This document shows positions 9,110-18,265 of a stretch of 64,000 nt of DNA, in pieces; position 1 is the first letter of the stretch; every line of letters begins with the position of its first letter. The stretch is from assembly GCA_965198115.1 (NCBI GenBank), contig OZ240241.1, forward strand, positions 3,168,001 to 3,232,000, read 5' to 3'. The DNA comes from Candidatus Latescibacterota bacterium (GTDB lineage Bacteria > Latescibacterota > UBA2968). The position numbers and the translations under genes are program-made. The notes under the pieces were generated by a model that had not been told where the DNA came from, searched no databases, and saw only the letters and a program-made list of their open reading frames with translations.

Positions 9110-10044
9110 CCTGACACCTCTCCGGATCTGTACAGTGTCTTCAGACGTCTGATGTATTCCCGATCTCGTTTCTCGATCGCTTCGTCGAACTTTTCAGGAT
9201 CCACGAACCAGGGTCTCTTTTCCGCCATCCGCGCCCGGATCTTCTCAGCGACCTCATCCTCCGGGTCTGAACTTCGTCCCGACCCGGCATCGGCCGGCCA
9301 CTTCCAGAGACCCGCCAGGTCGTAGTGCATGAATGGTCCTTCGTGCGGCATCCGGAAACCGAACGTGGTCTGCACACCCAACTCGATGTCTTCAGCAGTC
9401 GCCATCCCCTCCGCCCACAGACGCGCAGCCTCTCGACCCGCAGCCCCTTGAATCCGATTCAGCAAGTAGCCGGGCTTCTCCTTGAGAAGCCGGATCGGGA
9501 TCCGGCCCGCCTTTACCATCACCTCGCAGATGAGCTCATAGGTCTCATCACTCGTGCCCGGTCCTTTTGCTACTTCGACACCCGGCACGATGTGGGGCGG
9601 CGCAAAGTAGTGTGTCAATCCGATCTTGTCCTGCCGCTTCACACCTGCACCGATTTCACTCATCACGAAACCGGACGTATTGCTTACCAGTGTATGCGTC
9701 GGACACGATGCGTCCAGCCTGTTGAAGAGTTCCTGCTTGTCTTCCAGGCGCTCGACGATCGCTTCCGTGACGAAATCGCTCTCCGTAGCGAGCGTGTCGA
9801 GATCCGTGGTCAGCCTCATTCGATCCACTGCCGTTGTTGCCTCTTCCTCGGTGACAAGTTCCTCTTCCACGAAGAGGTCAAGCGATTTGCGGACTTCCCT
9901 TCGTGTGCCGTCAAGGGCCTCCTCGCTCACGTCGTTGACAATCGTCATGTAGCCACCTAGCGCAAAGTTGAGGGCTATCCCGAAACCCATCGTACCGCCA
10001 CCGACCACGCCGACCGTCTTGATGTCAGATAGATTCATCAGCAT
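9106..10044 (-). CDS. 3-hydroxyacyl-CoA dehydrogenase family protein
   Basis: GVVGGGTMG, EAIVE, SNTS, HYFAPPH, PGYLLNRI motifs. Confidence 0.9.
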   Translation of the reverse strand: MLMNLSDIKTVGVVGGGTMGFGIALNFALGGYMTIVNDVSEEALDGTRREVRKSLDLFVEEELVTEEEATTAVDRMRLTTDLDTLATESDFVTEAIVERLEDKQELFNRLDASCPTHTLVSNTSGFVMSEIGAGVKRQDKIGLTHYFAPPHIVPGVEVAKGPGTSDETYELICEVMVKAGRIPIRLLKEKPGYLLNRIQGAAGREAARLWAEGMATAEDIELGVQTTFGFRMPHEGPFMHYDLAGLWKWPADAGSGRSSDPEDEVAEKIRARMAEKRPWFVDPEKFDEAIEKRDREYIRRLKTLYRSGEVSG

Positions 10045-10100
10045 TCCGCATCTGTTGTGATCGAGGAGAGGGGGCGTTCTACGGCACCGGGGAAGGTTGG

Positions 10101-10244
10101 ACGCGAAGGCTCAAAGACGCGAAGACGCTAAGGAACGGAAGGTAGAATCGAGTCACCTGGTGAAATGTAGAAGATGTCCGCAGACCTCTCGGACTCCCCA
10201 TCCCTATGTTTCCTTCGTGCCTTGGAGTCTTCGCGCCTTCGCGT
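10101..10244. repeat. Inverted pair of 8-bp-periodic repeat arrays (empty cassette)
   Basis: ACGCGAAG GCTCAAAG ACGCGAAG ACGCTAAG (10101-10132) facing CTTCGTGC CTTGGAGT CTTCGCGC CTTCGCGT (10213-10244). Confidence 0.75.
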
Positions 10245-10346
10245 TCCCACTCCCCCCGAGTTCGTCAAAACCGCGTAACGTTCCTCACAATGACACTCGT
10301 CTCCTACCTCGTATGGCCTCGTACCCCGTTCTCTGCGTTGACAAGT

Positions 10347-12020
10347 TTACGACGGGAGCCACGCTCTGGGGGCGATGCCTTCTAGATGGGTCTTCACATC
10401 GACGACGGCCGGCTTGCCGGAATCGAACGCCTGGTCGAGCGCGCTCGAGAGCTCGTTTGGTTTGTTGACGGTGATGCCCAGACATCCCATCGACTCGGCC
10501 ATCTTCGCAAAATCGGCCTCGGGGAAAAGCCATAGTTCGTCCGAACCTTTAGTCCGACCGCCATAGACGCCCTCGACGCCGCCCTGCTCCTGATTCAGCG
10601 AGTGGTTGTTGTTGACAACCGTGACTGTGTTGATGCCGTTCTTCATGGCCGTGTCGAGCTCGGTCATGTGATACCAGATGCCGCCGTCACCCGTGAAGCA
10701 CAGCACCGGCCGATCCGGCTGTGCGCACTTCGCACCGATGGCCGCCGGCAATCCCCATCCCAATGAACCCGCACAACGCAGGAAGGTCTGATCGGGATGG
10801 CTGAAGTCGAGCATCGTACCGGTCCAGATGCCGGAGTGCCCCGTATCCGACACGAGAATCACGTTCGACGGAAGATAGTCGGTCAGCTCCTTGCACAACC
10901 GCTCCGGCCGCATCGGGACCTCATCCGAATCCACCTTGTCCTGGACGCTCGCCCTCCACTCGGCCACGAGCTCGTGAACACGGCCGATCCACTCGCTCCG
11001 CGGCTCGGCCGCATCCGCCTGCTCGACCATGCGTCGGAGAGAATTTCGAACGTCGCCCTGCATCCCGAGTTGGATCGAATAATTTCGTCCCAGTTCTTCA
11101 GCGTTGATGTCGAGTTGGATGACCGGCGTTCCCTGCGGCGGTATGCGATACTGATGGGTCACTTGGCCGCCCGCGTGACTTCCTATGAAGAAGACGAGGT
11201 CCGCTTCGCAAAGGGCTTTGTTCGTACAGAAGCGCGAGTAGTTGCCCGGTGTACCCAGCGCCAGCTCGTGATCGGTCGGAAACATCGCCTTCGCGTTCAG
11301 CGAGGTCGCTACCGGAATCGACAACTTCTCTGCGAGCGCAATCAGTTCTGCCCGAGCACTCGATGTCGTCACCCCACCGCCAGCCACAATGACGGGGCGC
11401 TTTGCCTCGGCCAGTAGCTTGAGGGCTTTCGCCACTGCCTCTGGCTCAACTTCAGGCCTGAAGGGCGGCACGCGGGCGAACACCTCTTCGACTATTCCGT
11501 CGAGATCTGCTTCCTGATCCACTACGGCCGCTCCACTCAACGCTTCGAGATCCAAATGCGCGGGGCCCGGCGTGCCCGTGGTCGCCGCGCGAAAAGCCTG
11601 GCGTAGGTAGACCGGCAACTGCTCCGGCGTGGCCACGTCGGCGCTATACTTGGTCACGGCTGAGAAGGGATTGACGTGGTCGACTTCCTGGTAGGCGTGG
11701 CGCTGCTGACTGATATGAGTTTCGCGCCCCGTAATGGCGACGACCGGGGAGCAAGCCAGATACGCGTCCTGCAACCCCGCGGCGAGATTGACCGCCCCAA
11801 CCGACTGTGCCATGCACAATCCGGGGCCTCGACTCACGCGAGCATAGGCATCCGCCATATACGCGGCAGCTTTCTCGCCGTGCGTCTGAATGCGCTTCAT
11901 CCCGAGGTTCTCCATCTCCATCAATGCCCTTGGGGCGATGTAGGGCATGAAGAAGACGTGCGTAATCCCCAAACCGTGAACGGAATCAGCCAGAAACTTC
12001 GCGCCAGTCATTTTTGGCAT
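10347..12020 (-). CDS. Thiamine pyrophosphate-dependent enzyme (acetolactate synthase-like)
   Basis: HGEKAAAYMADAYAR, GSLGWGLPAAIG, GDGG...NN TPP motif. Confidence 0.92.
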   Translation of the reverse strand: MPKMTGAKFLADSVHGLGITHVFFMPYIAPRALMEMENLGMKRIQTHGEKAAAYMADAYARVSRGPGLCMAQSVGAVNLAAGLQDAYLACSPVVAITGRETHISQQRHAYQEVDHVNPFSAVTKYSADVATPEQLPVYLRQAFRAATTGTPGPAHLDLEALSGAAVVDQEADLDGIVEEVFARVPPFRPEVEPEAVAKALKLLAEAKRPVIVAGGGVTTSSARAELIALAEKLSIPVATSLNAKAMFPTDHELALGTPGNYSRFCTNKALCEADLVFFIGSHAGGQVTHQYRIPPQGTPVIQLDINAEELGRNYSIQLGMQGDVRNSLRRMVEQADAAEPRSEWIGRVHELVAEWRASVQDKVDSDEVPMRPERLCKELTDYLPSNVILVSDTGHSGIWTGTMLDFSHPDQTFLRCAGSLGWGLPAAIGAKCAQPDRPVLCFTGDGGIWYHMTELDTAMKNGINTVTVVNNNHSLNQEQGGVEGVYGGRTKGSDELWLFPEADFAKMAESMGCLGITVNKPNELSSALDQAFDSGKPAVVDVKTHLEGIAPRAWLPS

Positions 12021-12074
12021 ATGGTTTCCCTATTGTGATGCATTGGTCGTTGTCGTTGACCTGTCATGCCCGTC

Positions 12075-12142
12075 GAATGTCCAACACCGAATGTCGATCG
12101 CCTGTTCGGCATCCCGAGTTCGATGTTGGACATTGGGCGTTG
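12075..12142. repeat. Inverted 7-bp-periodic repeat pair
   Basis: GAATGTC CAACACC GAATGTC facing TTCGATG TTGGACA TTGGGCG TTG. Confidence 0.55.
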
Positions 12143-12152
12143 TCCCTCCACA

Positions 12153-13850
12153 TCAGACCAGCCGGAAGGGCTTCGCTGGACGTCCGCCTTCGGGCAACCC
12201 AAGGGGCAATTTCACATCCAGCAGCATCGGCCGCTGCTCTTTCGTCACGACGTTCAGTCCGCGATCCAGCGCGTCGGCCAGGTCGGATTCCTCTTCTACG
12301 CTCGCACCTTCGACGCCGAATCCCTCGGCGATCTTGACCGGGTCAATATCTTCGAGGACAACACCAGCGTATTCACCCGTCTCCTTCATGACCCCATCGG
12401 CCCGCGCAAACGCCCCCGACACGACGCCGTAGGACTGGTTGTTCGAAATCACGTAGAGCACCGGTATCCCGTGGTGCACCGTTGTCCACACGCCCGAATC
12501 GGAATAGTACATCGACCCATCTCCAACTAGCCCGATGACCGGACGGTCAGGAGCCGCCAGCTTGAGGCCCACGGTGCCGCCAATGCCGTAGCCCTCCGAA
12601 CCTCCCGCAGCGCGTACGTATGTATTCTTGCCGCTGGGTTCGGCCACGCCGTCGAGCGTCACCGCATACTGTTCCACCATGACGTAGCCGCCTCCAGCGC
12701 GCGCCAGGGCTTCGTCCATCGCGTTCGCCAGCACCCACGGACGGACGCGTCCAGGAACAGGCCCAAGGCTTTGCGCCGACTCGACCCGTTTCGCGCGAAG
12801 CGTTTCGGCCTTCGCCAACGCCCACGCTCGACGGTCGTCGAACCGCTCTGACTTGGCCTGACCTTCCAGTCGCTCGAGCATGCGACCTTCGTCAGCCAGC
12901 ACTGCGAGGTCCAGCCCAGGTATGTTTTTGAGATTGTCCACGTCGGAGCCAATCGCAATCAGGCGTTCAGCCTTCGAGATGGTCCGGAAGTCGTTTGGTG
13001 ACCCCCGCCCACTCATTCGAACGCCAAGGCAGACAACCAGGTCCGGCTCAAGCCCCGCCACAGCTTCGTCGAACCGTCCACAATGCAGCGGGTGGTCCTT
13101 GTGTACGCGCTTTTCCACCCAGCCTCCAGAAATGGCGGTGCCATAGCGTTCGGCAAAGGAAACCAGGTGAACGTCTGCACCGCTCTTCCACACACCGTCG
13201 CCCGCGTAGATCAGAGGCCGTTCTGCATCGTGGAGTGCGCGTGCTACCGCTTCAACGTCGCTGTCTGAGGGATAGCCCGCCTTCAGGTCGGGAATCGGTC
13301 CCTCGATCAACTGGGTGGTCACCTGCCGATCGTCCAACAACCGATCGTAGACGGCCAGGTGCACCGGGCCGACCGGGGGCGTCTTTGCAACCAGCAGCGC
13401 CCGGTAAATCGCCTGCGGCAGCCCATCCGGTTCGATCACTGCCCAACTCGCCTTGGTAAAGGGTCCGGCGATCGACGTCGGACCCACGTTGTGGCTGAGG
13501 TCCAGACCGATCTTGTCCCCATAGCTTCCCGTATCCCCTGCAAAGGTGATGACCACGACCGGTAGACTGCCGCTCCAGACGTTGATCAGCTGTCCCAGGC
13601 ATTGTGACAGACCGGCGCCCAGGTGCACTGACATCACGGCCGGGTCCAGATTGACTTGCGTGTATCCTCCGGCCATGGCCGCCACGCTTCCCTCGTGCAG
13701 CGCCAGGATGCCGTCGATATCAGGATGCACGTGAAGCGCATCGAAGAAACGTGCCTCGCGCGAGCCAGAATTGTAGAACAGATACTTCACACCCGATGCA
13801 GCCAGCTGCTCGACCATGATCTGAGATGGATTGCCTGTGATCGGCCTCAT
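12153..13850 (-). CDS. TPP-dependent enzyme (benzoylformate decarboxylase-like)
   Basis: LALHEGSVAAMAGGY, GDGS...NNQSY; RBS GAAGGAG before ATG 13850. Confidence 0.88.
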   Translation of the reverse strand: MRPITGNPSQIMVEQLAASGVKYLFYNSGSREARFFDALHVHPDIDGILALHEGSVAAMAGGYTQVNLDPAVMSVHLGAGLSQCLGQLINVWSGSLPVVVITFAGDTGSYGDKIGLDLSHNVGPTSIAGPFTKASWAVIEPDGLPQAIYRALLVAKTPPVGPVHLAVYDRLLDDRQVTTQLIEGPIPDLKAGYPSDSDVEAVARALHDAERPLIYAGDGVWKSGADVHLVSFAERYGTAISGGWVEKRVHKDHPLHCGRFDEAVAGLEPDLVVCLGVRMSGRGSPNDFRTISKAERLIAIGSDVDNLKNIPGLDLAVLADEGRMLERLEGQAKSERFDDRRAWALAKAETLRAKRVESAQSLGPVPGRVRPWVLANAMDEALARAGGGYVMVEQYAVTLDGVAEPSGKNTYVRAAGGSEGYGIGGTVGLKLAAPDRPVIGLVGDGSMYYSDSGVWTTVHHGIPVLYVISNNQSYGVVSGAFARADGVMKETGEYAGVVLEDIDPVKIAEGFGVEGASVEEESDLADALDRGLNVVTKEQRPMLLDVKLPLGLPEGGRPAKPFRLV

Positions 13851-14039
13851 GCGGGCACCGCTCCTTCCTTCGGGAGATTCTTCAGGTTGTGCAGATCCAT
13901 TAGCATCGTGACCTTCATGATTGGGACAAACCGTGTGACGCGCTACTGTCGAAAGCACCTTTCAGCCAGGCGCAAGACTTGAACGTTCCTTTCGCTCCCC
14001 AGTAGACTCCTCTGCAGCCCAGAGTCTTGACTTTCAAGC

Positions 14040-14684
14040 AGTCATGACCTCCGGCAAAGCCGGAGGCTTGAAAACTTGTGAACCGCTCAAAGCGGTTGGA
14101 AACCAAGCGCCACCTAAAGGTGGCGATTACCTGAAAATGTTGAGCTGGTCGAGACGCCGGTCCTCCCGCTCCTGGTTCTGGATATACTCCCGAACCGTCT
14201 GTTCATCCTTGCCAACGGTGGAGACCCAGTAGCCTCTTGCCCAGAAATGCTGCCCGGTGAAGTTCGACCTAACCTACGTCCCAGATAGTTCCGAGCAATG
14301 TGAATCGCACTCTTTCCTTTGATGAACCCTACCGTCTGAGCTACTGAGTGCTTCGGCGGGATCGAAATCAACGTGTGCACATGGTCGGATCGCAGGTGAC
14401 CCTCTTCCACACGGCATTCCTTCTGTGCGGCCAGATCCCGAATCACCTCCCAGATAGCGACGAATTTCACCATACAACACTTTTCTACGATACTTCCGAA
14501 CCCAAACAACGTCATACTTGCACTCCCATACCGTGTGACGTAGACTCCTTACGTTGTTCATTAGAGAGCCTTCCTTCCGTGTGCTTTGAGCGGTCCACGG
14601 CAAGGGAGGCTCTTACATATTTCTGGAACTGTCAAACTCTGGGAGTCTCCCCGGCAGAGCCGGGGGCTTACCAAGGTTTAGTTA
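14040..14684 (-). mobile_element. tnpA: IS200-type element, copy 1; tnpA (14127..14561) frameshifted
   Basis: Near-identical to 24283..24924 but with a net +4 bp near 14270 and -1 bp near 14449; subterminal hairpins CCTCCGGCAAAGCCGGAGG and CCCCGGCAGAGCCGGGG. Confidence 0.9.
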
Positions 14685-14808
14685 GCTCATCCGCTCGTCC
14701 AGGCACGACGATTGCCCCATCCACGACTGATCGTATTCATACAACAACTTCAGAGTTGAAAACCACACGTTAAGGATTTAGCTTCTATCTAGTTAGATGA
14801 GGATCTCT

Positions 14809-15234
14809 ATGTCGGATGAATATGGAACACGCGATGTCTTCGAACAGGTCGGGACACGACTGAGCAATGTCGAGCAGGATATACGTACTCTGAGAACTGA
14901 GTTGAACGAGGGATTCGAAAGGCAGGATGCACGATTCGACTCCCTGCGGAATGAAATGAATGAGGGATTTGGAAGACAGGATTCACGACTGAATGAGGGG
15001 TTCGTGAGGCAGGACTCGCGACTCGAGGCCTCACGGAATGAAACGAGCGCAGGGTTCGTGAGGCAGGATTCGCGGCTGGATGCCCTCCGCAATGAAATGA
15101 AGGAAGGGTTCGCTAGGCAGGACTCACGAACTGATGCCCTGAATACAAAGGTAGACCTACATTTCCGCTGGCTCATCGGAATCCTGTTCGCCAGCTGGCT
15201 CTCGATTATGGCATCCTTCTGGCTCAAACCGTAA
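14809..15234 (+). CDS. Coiled-coil repeat protein with C-terminal TM anchor (DUF1640/Bdr-like)
   Basis: About 5 repeats of RNEMxEGFxRQDSRLDAL; C-terminal FRWLIGILFASWLSIMASFWL. Confidence 0.75.
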   Translation: MSDEYGTRDVFEQVGTRLSNVEQDIRTLRTELNEGFERQDARFDSLRNEMNEGFGRQDSRLNEGFVRQDSRLEASRNETSAGFVRQDSRLDALRNEMKEGFARQDSRTDALNTKVDLHFRWLIGILFASWLSIMASFWLKP

Positions 15235-15340
15235 CTCGGGGTTAAGTAAGGATCCACGCGCAAGAGGGTCGCGACAGATGTCGTGACCCTTTCGTTTTGC
15301 CTCCGATATGGAGCAATTGGTAGCTCAGCTCACCTATTCA

Positions 15341-16666
15341 ATGCCTCAGCTCACCTACCGCAGACTCCTCTCCCTCTTCCTGCCTCTGGCACTCAGCGGC
15401 ATCCTCTACCCGATTTCGCGACCGATCATCAACGCCGCGTTGGCGCGCTCTCCAGATCCGATCACCGCGATTGTAGCTTTTGCCGTAGCCTACAGCATCA
15501 GCATGCCCCTCCAGTCCCCGATGTTCGGGTTGCGCCAGATCATCACCGCCCTTGCGGTGGATCGCCAGATGCTCCGCATCGTGTCGCGTCTCAATCTCAC
15601 GATCGGAATCGGCTCCACACTCGCTGTTCTGCTCGTCGCCCTCACGCCGCTCTACAGATACATCGTCGAGGGGCTCATGGACATCCCATCCAGCATCGCT
15701 CGCGTCGGGCCGCTTGTGTTGGTCGTCATCGCCACCGGTCCTTTGATTACGGCAGGCAGGGGCTACTATCAGGGCATTCTCGTCCGACACGGAATCAGCA
15801 TTCCCGTGGGCGTGGGGGCACTCGGCTTTCTGATCGTTGGGTCGACGCTGCTCTGGGCGGGCGTTCTTTGGACGGAGTGGGAAGGGGCGCTGTTGGCCGC
15901 CATCTCGATGATGTGCGGTCAGCTGGTTTACCTGGCGTGCGTTTGGCGGCCGGCCAGGCCGATCATTCGGGATCGCATACCCGAACACAGCCCTTCGATC
16001 CAACCCGAACAGCGATCGACTAACTACGTCTTCCGCTTCTATCTCCCTCTTGCCGTGTCGACCCTACTGATGACGCTGGTCGAACCGGTGATTCAGGGGG
16101 CGATGGCGCGGTCGCCGCAGGCGGAGGCATCCCTTGCGGCCTATTCCGTGTGCATCTCCTTCATCTGGCTCGCGGGAGCACCCCTTTGGAACCTTCAACA
16201 GGTGGTCATTTCAGAGGTAACCGGGCGTCAGTCTCTGCAGGTCGTTCACAGGTTTTCGATCCTCGTCAGCGCAGTCCTCACGCTCCTCCTGGCGATGCTG
16301 GCGCTGCCACCCGTTGCCAGTTGGCTATTTGGGTCGGTCATCGGTGTGACGGGCGAGGTGAAAACAGTGGCGGTGGATGGCTTCAAATGGCTCGTACCTG
16401 CGGGACTGTTTATGGGTCTGCGCAGCCTTTATCACGGTGTTCTCACGTGCCGGGGAAAGACGGGTGGTATCCAGACGGCCTCGTTTGTGCGCACGGGAGC
16501 GCTGGTAATCGCTTTGGTCGGTGGTGTTTCGTGGGGTAAGGTGAACGGATTCCTGATCGCTGCCGGAGCTCAGGTGATCTCAGCGATCGTTGAAGTGGCC
16601 TTCCTTCGACGGTATACCAAGGATCTGGATTGGGAGGATGAGAACGAATCCGGTTCCCTGGACTGA
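15341..16666 (+). CDS. MATE/MOP-superfamily (ANKH-like) membrane transporter
   Basis: About 12 TM helices with an internal duplication (LFLPLALS / FYLPLAVS); alternative start 15308. Confidence 0.8.
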   Translation: MPQLTYRRLLSLFLPLALSGILYPISRPIINAALARSPDPITAIVAFAVAYSISMPLQSPMFGLRQIITALAVDRQMLRIVSRLNLTIGIGSTLAVLLVALTPLYRYIVEGLMDIPSSIARVGPLVLVVIATGPLITAGRGYYQGILVRHGISIPVGVGALGFLIVGSTLLWAGVLWTEWEGALLAAISMMCGQLVYLACVWRPARPIIRDRIPEHSPSIQPEQRSTNYVFRFYLPLAVSTLLMTLVEPVIQGAMARSPQAEASLAAYSVCISFIWLAGAPLWNLQQVVISEVTGRQSLQVVHRFSILVSAVLTLLLAMLALPPVASWLFGSVIGVTGEVKTVAVDGFKWLVPAGLFMGLRSLYHGVLTCRGKTGGIQTASFVRTGALVIALVGGVSWGKVNGFLIAAGAQVISAIVEVAFLRRYTKDLDWEDENESGSLD

Positions 16667-16687
16667 TTCGGTTGTGACTTCGGATGG

Positions 16688-16921
16688 ATGTGGAGAGTGA
16701 ATAGCGGCGAGGCGCTTGTTCTGGACGTGTTGGTAGACGACTCGGTGATCTGTGAACTCAAGTCGGTTGAACAGATGTTGCCAGTGCACGAAGCCCAGAC
16801 TCTGACCCAGCTTGGTATGTCAGGTAAGCACCTGGGATTCCTGATCAATTTCAATGTCGCCCTGATCAAGGACGGAATCCGAAGATTCGTCAACTCCGAT
16901 CTCGGATTGCACCGGGACTGA
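16688..16921 (+). pseudogene. GxxExxY-family (PD-(D/E)XK) protein, C-terminal fragment
   Basis: LDVLVDDSVICELKSVEQMLPVHEAQTLT...LGFLINFNVALIKDGIRRFV; the N-terminal GxxExxY part is absent. Confidence 0.8.
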
Positions 16922-16964
16922 ATGTCACCCATCTCCTGACGTTTTTCTACCTGCCCCTCGTTTC

Positions 16965-17004
16965 CTTGGCGTCTTCGCGTCTTAGAGTCTTCGCGCCTTA
17001 GCGT
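16965..17004. repeat. Five 8-bp-periodic repeats downstream of the GxxExxY fragment
   Basis: CTTGGCGT CTTCGCGT CTTAGAGT CTTCGCGC CTTAGCGT; same family as 10213-10244. Confidence 0.75.
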
Positions 17005-17072
17005 CTCCACTACCCCCCGACCAGGCAGCAGCAACCAACCCGGCCGCACACGTCACCCCTCTGTTCCTCCCA

Positions 17073-18251
17073 TCAGAAGTCAATCTCCCGCAGCTCGGTC
17101 GTCTCCGTCGTCATCTGCTCCGACCCGTCTTCCGTAATCACGTGGACGTCTTCCCACGTGAATTGAACGTCTCCCGATTGAACCCCCGGTTCCGTGCTGA
17201 TCACCATACCGGGCTCCAGCTCCGTGTCATCTTCAGGGCAAATGCTAGGGGGTTCGGTCACCATCAAACCTTGTCCGTGTCCCATCCGGACCTGGCCGAA
17301 CCACTCCAGTCCGGGCATTCCCGACGCGACCTCCTCGACCGCCTTCCGGCTCTCGTCAAACAGGCTCGAACACGATAGACCGGGCTGCAGCGCCTCGGTC
17401 ATACGTTGACTCACTTCGATGGATGCGGCGTGAACGCTCTTCTGAAGTTCGTTCGCCTCCCCGAGTGTGGCCATTCGTACGTAGTCGATCGTATGCGTCC
17501 CCACGTAAGCGCCTGCGTCGAGTGCGAGCACGCTTCCCCGCTCTAACCGCCGATCGTAGTGGAACGGATTGCTGCTCCCCGGTAGGCCTCCTTGCAGGAT
17601 GACGAAAGACGTTCTGTCACCTCCCTCCTCCGCAATCAGGCGACGCATCGAACGGGCCACATCCCGTTCCGTCATCCCTTCGGAGATCGAATCGAACAGT
17701 CGCTGCCTCGCTCTCCCCGTGATGTCGGCGGCCTGCCTCATGCAAGCCAGCTCTTCGTCCGACTTGACCATCCTCAGAGCGATCAAGACTTCCGCGGCGT
17801 CCACGAACTCGCGCGTGGGCAGTGCCTCCACGAGACCCAGATAAGCACCCAATGGCATGCCCATCCGCTGCTCGAGGCCCAATTCCGCCCCGATTCGACC
17901 CGACCGTCGATCGATATCCTCGAGCGTTCCTCGTGTGAGCCCAACCGGGAAAGAGAAGAGATCCGTGTAGGGACGGATGTCGTCGACATACGTACCCAGC
18001 GCGATACTGTCGGGACTTTGCGTGATGATGATCGGCTCCTCGTCTAATGGGAGGATGAACACAGACGGTCGCGTGACGGAATAATGGAGAGCAATGCTCG
18101 CCGTTGTGCCGGTGAAGTACTGGAAATTCTCCTCGCCGCTCACGATCAGGGCGTCGAGCTCTCGAAGACCCATCAGGTCCTTGGCTCGGGCATATCGATG
18201 CTCCATCTCCTGCAGCGAGAAAAGCGCATAGTCCAACGTTTCGGATTTCAT
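17073..18251 (-). CDS. Xaa-Pro peptidase (M24) family protein
   Basis: Creatinase N-domain, RMVKSDEE, GHGQG, EPG, EDV motifs; start MKSETLDY at 18251. Confidence 0.9.
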   Translation of the reverse strand: MKSETLDYALFSLQEMEHRYARAKDLMGLRELDALIVSGEENFQYFTGTTASIALHYSVTRPSVFILPLDEEPIIITQSPDSIALGTYVDDIRPYTDLFSFPVGLTRGTLEDIDRRSGRIGAELGLEQRMGMPLGAYLGLVEALPTREFVDAAEVLIALRMVKSDEELACMRQAADITGRARQRLFDSISEGMTERDVARSMRRLIAEEGGDRTSFVILQGGLPGSSNPFHYDRRLERGSVLALDAGAYVGTHTIDYVRMATLGEANELQKSVHAASIEVSQRMTEALQPGLSCSSLFDESRKAVEEVASGMPGLEWFGQVRMGHGQGLMVTEPPSICPEDDTELEPGMVISTEPGVQSGDVQFTWEDVHVITEDGSEQMTTETTELREIDF

Positions 18252-18265
18252 GATTCCTGATCCTC

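Noticed and set aside
14040-14800. Possible TnpB/IscB or omega-RNA with the IS200 elements
   Set aside because: Both elements are about 640 bp and encode only TnpA; no RuvC ORF adjacent
14900-15140. Repeats as a CRISPR-like array
   Set aside because: Degenerate in-frame coding repeats without unique spacers; no cas genes in the window
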